Origin: Callorhinchus milii
Lineage: Eukaryota
Length of the DNA stretch: 64,000 nucleotides
Direction of reading: 5' to 3'
Assembly: GCF_018977255.1 (NCBI RefSeq)
Contig: NW_024704743.1
Coordinates: 43,092,001 to 43,156,000, forward strand
Program-made: the position numbers and the translations under genes
The notes under the pieces: generated by a model
Database searches by the model: none
Told to the model about the DNA's origin: nothing
The model's input: only the letters and a program-made list of their open reading frames with translations
In this document: positions 51,827-64,000 of the stretch, in pieces
How positions within the stretch are numbered: position 1 is the first letter of the stretch
How the letters are laid out: every line of letters starts with the position of its first letter

Positions 51827-53599
51827 CTGGAATGGTTTATCAGGAAGAGTGTTTAAGACGAGAATGTTGTACTTATTTAAGAAATGATTTGCTGCTGTAA
51901 TAGAAGGTTGGCAAAGTGGAAACTCTTGCAGAATGAGATCAAATAGGTGGAAGAGCTTTCCTCATCTGAACTTTTCTTGTAAGCTGTACAACCATATATT
52001 ATTAAGACCATCGTTGCTCAATTTTTGGACCCTTAACCGCTTATGTCCTTACCTCACTCTACTGGAATTCTCGTTGAAGTCTTCATCACCTCAGGAAGAT
52101 ATCTCCAATGCTCTCCTGCTCTCCATCAGCCACCAAACTCATATTCATCCAAAATGCTGCAGCCCATATAATTCTCTCTCCCTATCTTCAAACCATAATT
52201 TTGATCAAAATCCTTCATTTCTGCCTAGCATGGTGCACTTGTTTAGACATTAAGCCTACTTGAAAGGTATGTATAAGTGCATTTTTTGAAGCAGGATACA
52301 GAGAGAAGTTTTAATTTTGTTTTCCACTAACACCCATCCCAAAATAATGCATATTTAGAAACAGACAACAGGAAGACACTATGCAGAAATGTGCCTTAAT
52401 TCGCACCATGTGTAATAGTGGATAAAACAGCCACCAAGGGTTTCTGAATTTATCCCCTGCTTGTTTCATTTCAATCTGTTTAACTACAAATTTAAGTTCA
52501 ATTAATTTGTTATGGATTCAGCTCTTGGGTGAAATATGCAGATGAACATAATCATTAGAATTTTAATCAGTCTACATTCGATTTAAATACTGAGATGTAT
52601 TTTCCAAGGCCTGAAATGTCTTATGAACTGTGGATAGATGGTTTCCAAGTTAAGATTCAATGAAACAATTTTACAAAATTCCATATGATCATAAATTTTA
52701 GGACTCTTCTTTTAGCCTGTGAAGATTTCTAGAAGATTGCTTTGCCTTTTGTTTTGTAAACACAGTGCCTACTGGTCTTACAGAACAATTTACATTTATT
52801 TATATTTATTTAATTCCAACATTCTACCTCCGGAATCTCCTTGTGGTGGGATGCATGGAATTCTCAGTTTTGTTTGGGTACTCTTAAGGACGGTGATGGG
52901 TTTCCTGGCAGATCAAAAGAGAATTAGTAAGTTATGGCTATTGTCCCCCAAAATTTAGGTTACAATTGATCCAGAGATTGGATGCACGATTCTCATCTGC
53001 CTACTCTGGTGGACGACGGTAAAGGTGCCACAACACCATTAGAAGAGTGTTATTCCCGATGACCTGGCCAATCATCCTCCAGACAGCGGTCTTTACAATT
53101 TCATAAAGCATTGATTTATGTGGTGAATTGGAATTTTTAAAAAGTATTTGCAATATGCCATTCTACTCCAGTAGTCTTACCCGCTCCTTCTTCTGGAAGT
53201 ATATCTTTCTTTTCAAATGAGATGGCAGCTGTGATACTGAAATGATACACAGAGAAAATAGAGCATCAAACTCCACAAGGAATATGTGTCTGTAGGGCAT
53301 TATTCTTTGGCAGTTGTAAACTGAAATTGTACAGTAGCGTGACATTATGGAAGGTTGGCTACTTAAATCATTGTTACTTTTCCACACAGTGGATATTGGC
53401 AACAGTGGCCAAAACACAGATCCCTGCTTTTTACCCCAATTATTGAGGTCACTTGTAGGGGGCAGCTCTGCAGATAGCTTCATCAAAGTGTCTAATGTCG
53501 CATTTATCTGCTGCATATAGTACCCTCATGCAGGGTAGCGGAAAAGCAATCTTGGTTATGAACCAATGTGAGGAAGGAGATCAATATGTTTAGCAATTG

Positions 53600-53918
53600 A
53601 TAATAATAATAATCCTATAATCATCCTTGCATTTGATATAGCGCTTTTCAATCTTCTCAACATCTCAAAACACTTCACAGAATATACTGTAAAGTAAATT
53701 GACTGTATATTTGTGGGCGAAATGCGGCAGCCAATTGTGCACAGAAGTGTCCCACAAACAGTCGTGGATTGAAGTGACCAATTTTAATATTTTTTTTCTT
53801 GAGGGATTATTATCAAGCGTGTGGAGTAAGGAAACTTGCCCAAGGTTTCACCCTGCCGGGAATCGAACCCAGGTCTCTCGCTTGCAAGGCTAGTGCTCTA
53901 ATCACTGAGCTGCAGGAC
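53600..53918 (-). mobile_element. tRNA-Ala SINE, full length
   Basis: Head, core and tail present. Confidence 0.9.
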
Positions 53919-54464
53919 TGAAAGGTAGGCTCCATAACTATCACAACAGCTCTTTACTCTGGCGTGTCGATAACAGAATGAACATGGCTAACGACCTGAG
54001 GTATTGTGCCAGTTGCAGATACAACACGGGTGGGAGAAAGACCAATTGATCATTACATTAAAAAGGCCGCCTATTAATTTGTATGCAAAATTGATCAAAT
54101 GATGACAATGATAATACAAGTGTGCCGATTGTACAATAACATTACTTTCAAAATTTCAAAAAAGAGATTGTAGTATGTTAGATAACATAATCATAATTGA
54201 CAGTGGTAATTTGATGATCTCCGCTGGGTATGTGATCATTGTAATGCATTAACCTGTGATGTGTGAGTATCTTTGTGAATTTATTTTACAGTGTTCCACT
54301 TCTGTGATTGGTGTTGATGCATCTGAGAAAAATTGCAATGTTAATGTTGAAGTAACTAATCTAGCAGCAAAAGCAGGTGAGTGAAATCTTCAATCATATT
54401 AGGTATGAATTGTTTGCTAAACTCACTGCCAAATCAATGATACCCAGAAAAATACCAAACAGTA

Positions 54465-54897
54465 GAAGGCTTCACAGGAGATAGACTAGCGAAACTAGGG
54501 CTGTTTTCACTAGAACAGAAAAGGTTGAGAGGAGACGTGATAGAGGTATTCAGAATAATGAGGGGTTTGATAAGATAAATATCGAGAAACTGATTCCACC
54601 ACAGGTCAGTGAGTCAGTAACTAAAGGACATACATTTAAGTTCATTCCAACAAAAACAAAGGTAAAAGTTGTATTTTTTTATTAGCACATGGAATGCCTC
54701 TCCAAAAATGGTGGTTGAAGCAAAATTTATGATAGCTTTTGAAAGGGAATTAAACAAATATTTGAAAAGGAAAAATGTTAAAGGCTATGAGGAAGTGGCT
54801 GGACAGTGTGATTCAATGAATAGGCCTTTCAGAGACCCAGCACGAGCAAAATGGGCAAATCGTCTCTTTCTATGCTGTAAAATTCTATGATTCTATA
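54465..54897 (+). mobile_element. CR1 3' fragment
   Basis: RLAKLGLFSLEQKRLRGDVIEVFRIMRG; ends ttctatgattctat. Confidence 0.85.
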
Positions 54898-55403
54898 ATA
54901 TCAAAATAGTAGATCTCAACAATCAGAAGTATTTGGCATCAGAGAAGGCACCTTTATGTGACATGGAAAGGAAAGTCACACAGATAGATAGATGTATTAC
55001 AGGAAAACCTCTGGTAGGCATACATTTCACTACCATTCCAGCCTGCTGCATCAAATGGAATCCTGTAGCTTAGTGGTTAGAGAACTCGCCTTGCAAGCAA
55101 GAGGACCTGGGTTTGATTCTTGGGCAGGGTGAAACGTTTGGCAAGTTTCCTTACTCCATACGCCTCTATTTATCTAGCAGTAAGTAGGAACCCGGTTGTT
55201 AGTCGGTTGGCGGATCGATTTTCCGGGGATAATAATTCCTTCAAAAAATAATAATAATAATTTGGTCACTCAATCCATGACTGTTTGTGAGACACTGCTG
55301 TGCGCAATTGGCTGCCGCATTTCGCCAACAAAATATACAGTCAATTAACTTTACAGTATATTTTGTGAAGTGCTTTGAGACTTCTAAAAGATGTGATAAG
55401 GTG

Positions 55404-57022
55404 AATCATAGAATCATAGAATCGTACAGCACAAAAGGAGGTCATTCGGCCCATCGAGTTTGTGCGGCTCTTTGAATAGAGCAAATAATGTCAATCCCAC
55501 TCTCCAGCCCTTTCCCCATAACCCTGCAAACCCATCCTCCTCAAATACCCGTCCACCGCATTTTTAAAAGTTGTTATCGAATCGGCCTCGACCACCCTTT
55601 CAGGCAATGCGTTCCAGATTTGAACAACTTATTGCGTAAAAAAAAAAAAAAAAAATCTTCTCACCTCCCCTCTGCTTCTTTTAGAGACTATTTTGAATCT
55701 GTGACCTCGAGTCACCGACACCCACCACTGGAAACAGTTTTTCCCTTTCTAACCTATCAAATCCCCTCATGATTTTGAAGACCTCTATTAGGTCTCCTCA
55801 TAACCTTCTCTGCTCCAATGAGAATTGGAGTCCTGTAGCTCAGTGGTTAGAGCACTCGCTTTGCAAGTGAGATACCTGAGTTCAATTCCAGGCAGAGGGC
55901 GAAACCTTGGGCAAGTTTCCTTACTCCACACACATAATAATAATCCCTCCAAAAAGAAACAATAATACATTGGTCATTTTCAATCCATGACTCTTTGTGG
56001 GTCATTGCTGTGCGCAATTGGCTGCCGCGTTCGCCCACAAATATACAGTCAATTCACTTTACAGTATATTCTGTGAAGCGCTTTGGGACATCTAAGAAGA
56101 TGTGAAAAGCGCTATATCAAATGCAAGGATTATTATTATTATTAGAATAATCCCAGCCTCTCCAGCCTTTCCCCCCTTGGTCCTTAATTGGCCACACCCT
56201 ACCTTTGACTGGCCTTTTTTTCTTGATACGCTTGTAAAATATTTTAGAATTCCCTTTAATGTTACCTGCTAACCTTTTATCGTATAATCTTTTTGCCCCT
56301 CTTATTTCCTTTTTCAAACCTCTTCTGCACTTCCTATATTATATTTGGTTGTCTTCTGTATCTTGGGTTTGACACCTGTCATATGCCTCCTTTTTCTGCT
56401 TCATTTTAGATACAATTTCCTTCGTCATCCAGGGAGGTTTGGAAACCCTACTTTTCCCTTTTGTGGGAATGTATTTGTTCTGTCCCCGAGCTATCTCATC
56501 CTTGAAGACTTCCCACTGCTCTTCAGTTGTTTTACCTGCCAATCTTTCTTTCCAGTCCACCTTGGCTAGGTCCCTTTTTAACTCACTGAAATTTGCCGTC
56601 TTCCAGTTGAATATCTTCACCTTAGATGGTTCCTTGTCTCTTTCCATATGCACTCTGAATCTAATGATGTTATGATCACTATTGACCATATGCTCTCCCA
56701 TTGAAACCTGCTCCACTTGCCCTACTTCATTCCCCAGAACTAAATCTAGCACTGCTTCCTTCCTTGTTGAGCTGGAAATGTACTGATCAAGAAAGTTGTC
56801 CTGTATTCATTTTAGGAATATTTCCCCCTCCTTGCCCGTTGCGCTATTGTTTTGCCAGATATTTGTTGGGATAATTAAAGTTCCCAATTATCACGACTCT
56901 ATTGGCCTTGCATCTGTCTGAGATCTGCTTGCAGATCTGCTCATCTATTTCCTTCCCACTATTTGGTGGTCTATAGTATATTCCTACCAATGTAACAGCT
57001 CCTTTTTTGTTTCTTAACTCTG
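55404..57022 (-). mobile_element. CR1 LINE with RT region deleted
   Basis: (ATCATAGA)n 3' end; LDLVLGNE..SDHNIIRF..PPWMTKEI; internal jump near 56172. Confidence 0.9.
55829..56143 (+). mobile_element. tRNA-Ala SINE nested in the CR1
   Basis: Full short-subfamily copy, flanked by AGAAT on both sides. Confidence 0.92.
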
Positions 57023-57962
57023 AGGTGCTATATCAAATGCAAGGATTATTATTATCAAATGATCCTTTCTGTTGTTATCAGCAATATCTGATGACAGAAA
57101 GAAATTCTTACAAGAAGTTCTTGTTAACAATTAACAATACAACTGACTTTTTTATCTCTATTAAAACAATAGATGCCAGTTGAAGATATCTTACTGATTT
57201 TCAATGGTGTTATCACCATTGCCAGTCTGGCCTGATTGATATTTTTTTATCACTGTTATATTTACACTTAGAATAAAACAGTAATGCCACTTATTATTAT
57301 TAACCATTTTCACCATTAACATGTGTTTTATATCTGTGATATGCAAGATTCACAAAAATCTCCATTTATGTTATATTTAGCTCCACTTATGTATTAATTC
57401 ATTTTAGTTTCCTCCTGAAGTATCCTCGGTGGGTTGGGGGGGATGCGAGGGGAGGCGTGAAGAACAGACTCTTTGGAGCTGAACAGGCTCTAAGGTGACA
57501 TGCTTGCCAATAGTATGTTGGAATCGAGTCAATCCTCTTGGTAGTCCAGTTGCTGAGGCAAGCGGATCTGCAGTATTCCAGGGCACTGCTGATGACAGAC
57601 CCGGCCGCCTGATTCATCAGTAGGACTTCAGTCATACCCCGACGTACACTCTGGGATCTTCAAGTCTTGGCTCTTGCCAACCTATGCCTAATATTGTCTG
57701 AAACTAGATAGGCAGGATGTGTCCCTCCAGGGAATTGCTGCACATTCCAGACACAGCAATTCCACGTGAAGATGGAATACATGGAACTCTCCGTCTGGGT
57801 TGGATACCCCTAAGCATACTGATGGGTTTCTACATGTGTCAGACACCTAGCTGACAAAAACAGTGTGGTTCACTGTGTTTAAATCACTGGCTCCACTGAG
57901 GGGAAGCCAACAGAAGTGGTTATTTAGACCATAATGGTTAGGAAATAATGGTATACCATATT

Positions 57963-58430
57963 TAACTATGCAAACTCATTGCTTGTCGGCCTCCCCAACT
58001 CCTCCTTCCACAGGCTGCAGATCATCCAGAACTCTGCAGCCTATGTCCTCTCCCGCACTAGGTTCCACAACCCTATCAACCCCATTCCTCGCCCAACTCC
58101 ACTGGCTTCCCATCACACAGAGAATACAGTTCAAGATCCTGGTTCTCACCTTTAAAGCCCTCCACGGTCTTTCTCCCCCCCCTACCTCTGCGACCTCCTA
58201 AACCCTACCATCCTGCTTGCTCCCTCCACTCAGCGGGCTCCGGCCTGCTTCGTGTCCCCCGCCTTGCTTGCCCCACTATTGGCGGGCGGGCCTTCCGCCA
58301 CTCTGCCCCCACCCTCTGAAACTGCATCCTGCAGTCCCTCCTCCTCGCCCCCTCCCTTGCCACCTTCAAGAGCCATCTCAAGACCTTCCTCTTCGACCTT
58401 CCCCGAGCCCCAGCTCGGTTCCATGACTCT
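57963..58430 (+). mobile_element. L2 3' fragment
   Basis: LHWLPITQRIQFKILVLTFKALHGL. Confidence 0.88.
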
Positions 58431-58482
58431 GTCTGCACTTCAAAGGATTTAGTACAAAGCAAAGTGCAAACATGAAATTGAA

Positions 58483-58760
58483 GACCAATTTTACTTGGGG
58501 GAATTGATGGCCAGTACCACAAGAGAGACTGCCTTCTCTTTTCAAATAGCGCCATGGGATCTTTACCGTCCACCTGAACAGGCAGGTGGGCCCTTGATTT
58601 AATGTCTCATCTGGAGGACGGCAACTCAAATAATGTAGCACAACCCCAGCACTGCATTAGAGTGTCAGTTTAGACTATAATGAGTTCCAAATCCCGACGT
58701 GGGGCTTCAAACAACAATGTTCTGGCTCCGAGGTGAGAGTACTATCAACTGAGCCAGGCT
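58483..58760 (-). mobile_element. DeuSINE 5' part
   Basis: gcgccatgggatctttaccgtccacctgaacaggcag...caactgagccaggct. Confidence 0.8.
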
Positions 58761-59964
58761 TTTCTTTCAAATGTCCTTAGTAGACAATAGAATATGGGAA
58801 TTTTGGGCCCCATATGTTTTAAAATCCCACTTTAAACAGCATATAGATTTCAAAGTTCAAATGGATTTTAAACACTTCTTGATCAACATGGTTATTTCAA
58901 AATCCCCAAGCTTTGTTAACCACATTTTTGACCACATCCTGGTGAATGCTTGGTCTAAACAAAGTTTTTGCCAGCTATGTTGCCTTGTCTGTGCAGATCA
59001 TGCCTGTTTGTACATTGTTGTCAATGTATATGATCTAGGGATAATCTGAGCAAACTGGTTGATTACGGAGCACAGCCTCTTATTAACCTGTTACAGTACA
59101 GCTATTTTTCCTATTACATGCCTCAGGTTTTGACATTTTTTACATTTTTTTCAGTTACAGTAGTTCATATTAACCTTCTGCTATGAATAACTGCTAAAAG
59201 GATCAGCAGAGACTGTAACATGAGATACAATCTGTGATAATGCATATCCTTTATAGTTCTCAACGCATGGGAGTTTAAGTAGCATGACATGGTATGTCAA
59301 CTTTCATTCATTGACAGGTTATTTTCCCCCTGAAATTGACTACTCTTCCTGTGTCAATAGCAAAACAAGGTGGTTAGGATTCTTTGTCACCACTAATTAG
59401 TTTAAGTGTTCATTCTGAAATTTGGTGCAATGAGGTTGTGCAACTTAGGACAAAATACTGCAAGAGACACAATATACAGTTGGCCAGGGGTGGGTGAAGC
59501 CTGCTGTACATGGAAAGAATGATCCTATGAATATCTGGAGATTTTAAAATATTTATTTTAAGGATCAGGGCACGGGCGGAGGACTGGTTTGATCAGTGTA
59601 TAGCTAGGAATGCATTAATAATCTAGGGTTTATACAGTACTTGTTTACCCTTGGGGGTCAGTGTCTGTGTAAATTTTTTCCCAAGGAACAGGGGTGGGTG
59701 ATGTAGATAGGTTTGCATGGACTGTGTAAATAATAATCTTTGCATTTGATATAGCACTTTATCATGTCATTGAGACATCTGGAAGTGCTTCATATTGTGA
59801 AGTGGTTTTGACTGTATTTTGTGAGGGAAAGGGTGGTGGGGCTTGGTGGTCTTTCCCATTTCCATGCACTTAGCGTTTGAACACCAAGCATTCGAATCAT
59901 AGAATATTTACACATACTGAGCCAGCTCCCCCACTGGAGATATCTGCTCTATAATCCTTGCTGC

Positions 59965-61462
59965 AACCAGAAGTCACGAAGAGTGTATTGCCTTCCTGGT
60001 GCCAGGGTTAAGGATATCTTTTTGTGGTTGGAGAAGAACTTGGAGGGGGAGGATCCAATTGTTGTGATCCACTCAGGAACCAACAATACAGGTATTACTA
60101 GTAATGGCGATCTGATGAGGGAGTTTAAAGAGCTAGAGATGAAATTAAAAAGCAGGATCTCTAAAGTAATAATCTTGGGATTTCTACCTGAGCCATGTGC
60201 AAATTGGTACAGGGACAAGCAGATTAAAGGGTTAAACGTGTGGCTGAAAGAGTGGTGCGGGAGGGAGGGGGGTTCATTTTATGGACCACTGGCACTATTA
60301 TTAGGGAAAGAGGGAGCTCTTCAATTGGATGAGCTCCACTTAAACCGGGCTGGAACCAGTGTCCTTGCAAAATGAATAACTAGGGAGGTAGATAGAGCTT
60401 TAAACTAATAATGGGGGTGTGGGAGAGTTACGGTTAAATGTAAACTCACAAAGCAAATAAGAAAAGTCAAGGCTGCAGAGCAGAGTAGCGACTTTGGGAG
60501 ATGAAGAACAGAGTGTGTCAAGTAAGGACAAAGAGTTTAACAAAAANTAGGGCATTAATGAGTAGGGGAAATAGTAAAAAGTAAAAATTAAAGGCGCTAT
60601 ACCTGAATGCACGAAGCAGTCGTAACAAGATAGATGAATTGATGGCACAAATAGAGATAAACGGGTACAATCTAGCAGGCATTACTGAGACGTGGTTACA
60701 TGGAGACCAAGTTTGGGAGCTAAATATTCCAGGGTACCTGACGTATAGGAAAGATAGGCAATATGGAAAACGAGGTGGGGGGTGTAGCCCTGTTAATAAA
60801 GGATGAGATAAAAACAGTAGAGGAAGGATTTTAAGTCAGAAAATCAGGATGTAGTGTCAGTATGGGTGGAGCTAAGAAACAACAAGGGGCAGAAAACACT
60901 AGTGGGAGTAGTTTATAGACCCCCAAACAGCAGTTACAGTATTAGGCAGAGTATTAATCAGGAAATTGGAAGAGCATGTAGCAAAGGGAATATAATAATA
61001 GGGGGTGATTTTAATCTTCATATAGACTGAGAAAATCAAATTGGCAAAAGTAAATTAGAGGATGAGCTTATGGAATGCATTCGCGATAGTTTTCCAGAAC
61101 AGTATGCTGAGGAACCAACCAGGGCTATCCTTGACATTGTTTTGTACAAGGAAGCAGAACTAATCAGTAATCTTGAAGTTAAGGCTCCTCTAGAGCAGAG
61201 TGCCCATAATATGATGGAATTTAATGTTAAGTCTGAAACAAGGGTCTTAAACTTAAATAAAGCCAACTTTGCAGATATGAGGGACAATTTAGCTAAAATT
61301 GACTGGGCAAGTAGATTAAAAGATACAACGGTAGACAAGCAATGGCAAACATTCAAAGATATATTGGATAATTCTTGGGAAAGTATATTCCCTTGAGAAA
61401 TAAAAATTCCACGGAAAAATGGTTCAACCATGGCTAACTAGAGAAGTTAAGGAAGGTATAAA
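59965..61462 (+). mobile_element. CR1 LINE 5' part: ORF1 SGNH-esterase region and ORF2 endonuclease, running into the gap
   Basis: CLPGARVKDI..VVIHSGTNN..LHLNRAG; YLNARS, GITETWL, GVVYRPPN, GDFN. Confidence 0.9.
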
Positions 61463-61492
61463 NNNNNNNNNNNNNNNNNNNNNNNNNNNNNN
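61463..61492. other. Assembly gap (30 N)
   Basis: Run of N. Confidence 0.99.
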
Positions 61493-61560
61493 CGCGGTCT
61501 ATACCGTATGACTGATATCAGCGAAAAAACTGTGATAGCTAGGCATGATCGTACTCCCTC

Positions 61561-61907
61561 ACGCACAGTGTGTAGAGATGGCACAGGTGGTGTGTGGTGA
61601 GAGATGGCACAGTGTGTGTGTGAGGGAGGAGAGATGGCACAGTGTGTGTGGTGTGAGAGAGATGGCACAGTGGGGGGGGGGGTGGGTGTGTGTGAGAGAG
61701 ATGGCACAGTGTGTGAGAGATGGCACAGTGGTGTGTGTGAGAGCAGATGGCACAGGGTGTGAGAGATGGCAGTGTGTGTGTGTGAGAGATGGCACTGGTG
61801 GTGTGAGAGATGGCAAGTGTGTGTGGGAGAGAGATGGCACAGTGTGGTGTGTGTGTGAGAGATGGCACAGGTGTGTGAGTGAGAGAGAGATGGCACGGTG
61901 TGGGGGT

Positions 61908-61978
<71 letters not shown>

Positions 61979-64000
61979 GTGTGTGTGTGTGAGCGAATGG
62001 CGCTGTGTGTGTGTGTGTGAGAGAGATGGCACAGTGTGTGTGTGTGTGAGAGATGGCACAGTGTGTGAGTGTGAGAGAGATGGCACAGTGTGTGTGTGAG
62101 AGATGGCACAGTGTGTGTGTGTGTGAGAGAGATGGCACAGTGTGTGTGTGTGTGAGATATGGCACAGTGTGTGAGTGAGAGAGAGATGGCACAGTGTGTG
62201 TGAGAGAGATGGCACAGTGTGTGAGTGAGAGATGGCACAGTGTGTGTGAGTGAGAGATGGCACAGTGTGTGTGAGAGATGGCACAGTGTGTGTGAGAGAT
62301 GGCACAGTGTGTGTGAGTGAGAGATGGCACAGTGTGTGTGTGAGAGAGATGGCACAGTGTGTGTGAGAGAGATGGCACAGTGTGTGTGTGTGTGTGAGAT
62401 GGCACAGTGTGTGTGAGAGATGGCACAGTGTGTGTGAGTGAGAGATGGCACAGTGTGTGTGTGAGAGAGATGGCACAGTGTGTGTCAGAGAGATGGCACA
62501 GTGTGTGTGAGAGAGATGGCACAGTGTGTGTGTGTGTGTGTGAGATGGCACAGTGTGTGTGTGAGAGATGGCACAGTGTGTGTGAGAGAGATGGCACAGT
62601 GTGTGTGTGAGAGATGGCACAGTGTGTGTGTGAGAGATGGCACTGTGTGTGTGTGAGAGATGGCACAGTGTGTGTGTGAGAGAGATGGCACAGTGTGTGT
62701 GTGTGAGATGGCACAGTGTGTGTGTGTGTGAGAGAGATGGCACAGTGTGTGTGTGTGGAGAGAGATGGCACAGTGTGTGTGTGAGAGAGATGGCACAGTG
62801 TGTGTGTGTGTGTGAGAGATGGCACAGTGTGTGTGTGTGGGAGAGAGATGGCACAGTGGTGATGTGTGGAGAGAGATGGCACAGTGTGTGTGTGTGAGAG
62901 ATGGCACAGTGTGTGTGTGTGTGTGAGATGGCACAGTGTGTGTGTGAGAGATGGCACAGTGTGTGTGAGAGAGATGGCACTGTGTGTGTGAGAGATGGCA
63001 CAGTGTGTGTGTGTGTGAGAGATGGCACTGTGTGTGTGTGAGAGATGGCACAGTGTGTGAGAGATGGCACAGTGTGTGTGTGAGAGAGAGATGGCACAGT
63101 GTGTGTGTGAGAGAGATGGCACAGTGTGTGAGAGATGGCACAGTGTGTGTGTGAGAGATGGCACAGTGTGTGTGTGTGAGAGAGATGGCACAGTGTGTGT
63201 GTGAGAGAGAGATGGCACAGTGTGTGTGTGAGAGAGATGGCACAGTGTGTGAGAGATGGCACAGTGTGTGTGTGAGAGATGGCACAGTGTGTGTGTGTGA
63301 GAGAGATGGCAACAGTGTGTGTGTGTGTGTGAGATGGCACTGTGTGTGTGTGTGTGAGAGAGATGGCACAGTGTGTGTGTGTGTGAGAGATGGCACAGTG
63401 TGTGAGTGAGAGAGAGATGGCACAGTGTGTGTGTGAGAGATGGCACAGTGTGTGAGTGAGAGATGGCACAGTGTGTGTGTGTGTGAGAGAGATGGCACTG
63501 TGTGTGAGTGAGAGAGAGATGGCACAGTGTGTGTGTGAGAGATGGCACAGTGTGTGTGTGTGTGAGAGAGATGGCACAGTGTGTGTGTGTGTGAGAGATG
63601 GCACAGTGTGTGAGTGAGAGAGAGAGATGGCACAGTGTGTGTGAGAGAGATGGCACAGTGTGTGTGTGAGATGGCACAGTGTGTGTGTGAGAGAGATGGC
63701 ACTGTGTGTGTGTGAGAGAGATGGCACAGTGTGTGTGTGTGAGAGATGGCACAGTGTGTGTGTGTGAGAGATGGCACAGTGTGTGTGTGTGAGAGAGATG
63801 GCACTGTGTGTGTGTGTGAGATGGCACAGTGTGTGTGAGAGAGATGGCACAGTGCGTGTGAGAGAGATGGCACAGTGTGTGTGTGTGAGATGGCACAGTG
63901 TGTGTGTGAGAGAGATGGCACTGTGTGTGTGTGTGAGATGGCACAGTGTGTGTGTGTGTGAGAGATGGCACAGTGTGTGTGTGAGAGATGGCACAGTGTG
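61561..64000. repeat. Compound minisatellite ATGGCACAG(TG)n(AG)m, with an internal poly-G run near 61909-61972
   Basis: Dozens of units with an invariant core and variable dinucleotide arms; continues off the window edge. Confidence 0.97.

Larger units (their letters stand above)
55060..57054 (+). mobile_element. Long-subfamily SINE (55060-55403 plus 57023-57054) split by a CR1
   Basis: Tail gataaggtg|...|aggtgctatatcaaatgcaagg; AGGTG duplicated. Confidence 0.85.

Noticed and set aside
59983..60375. SGNH/GDSL esterase gene
   Set aside because: It is the esterase-type ORF1 of a CR1, followed directly by the decayed endonuclease.
61493..61972. Odd unique sequence after the gap, irregular units and a poly-G run
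   Set aside because: Contig-edge position; most likely low-quality read or base-calling artefact.
61447..63994. Very long His/Thr/Cys-rich ORFs (810, 811 and 478 aa)
   Set aside because: Translations of a stop-free satellite; open in several frames.
61561..64000. CRISPR-like alternation of constant and variable segments
   Set aside because: The variable parts are only (TG)n(AG)m; vertebrate DNA with no cas genes.

Overview
Vertebrate nuclear DNA, very repeat-rich. The mix of L2 and CR1 LINEs, SacSINE1/AmnSINE1-type DeuSINEs and a tRNA-Ala SINE points to a cartilaginous fish, probably a chimaera; this is an inference. The one confidently supported gene is a 10-coding-exon TNF-receptor superfamily gene on the + strand (ATG 11995, stop 32956, 1926 nt spliced CDS, 641 aa). 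I assembled it by hand from GT-AG sites with compatible phases. It has a signal peptide, 4 cysteine-rich domains, a TM helix and a long tail with PxQE TRAF motifs. Its exon layout and ectodomain are RANK (TNFRSF11A)-like, but the tail has no IVVY motif and no canonical TRAF6 site, so it may be a divergent RANK paralog. The rest of the window holds nested L2, CR1 and SINE insertions, a decayed 2.35-kb Charlie/Buster-type hAT with an exact 8-bp TSD, a probable L1/Tx1 3' end containing a 3x35-bp repeat, an assembly gap, and a 2.4-kb ATGGCACAG(TG)n(AG)m satellite. Repeat boundaries are approximate and no database searches were run.
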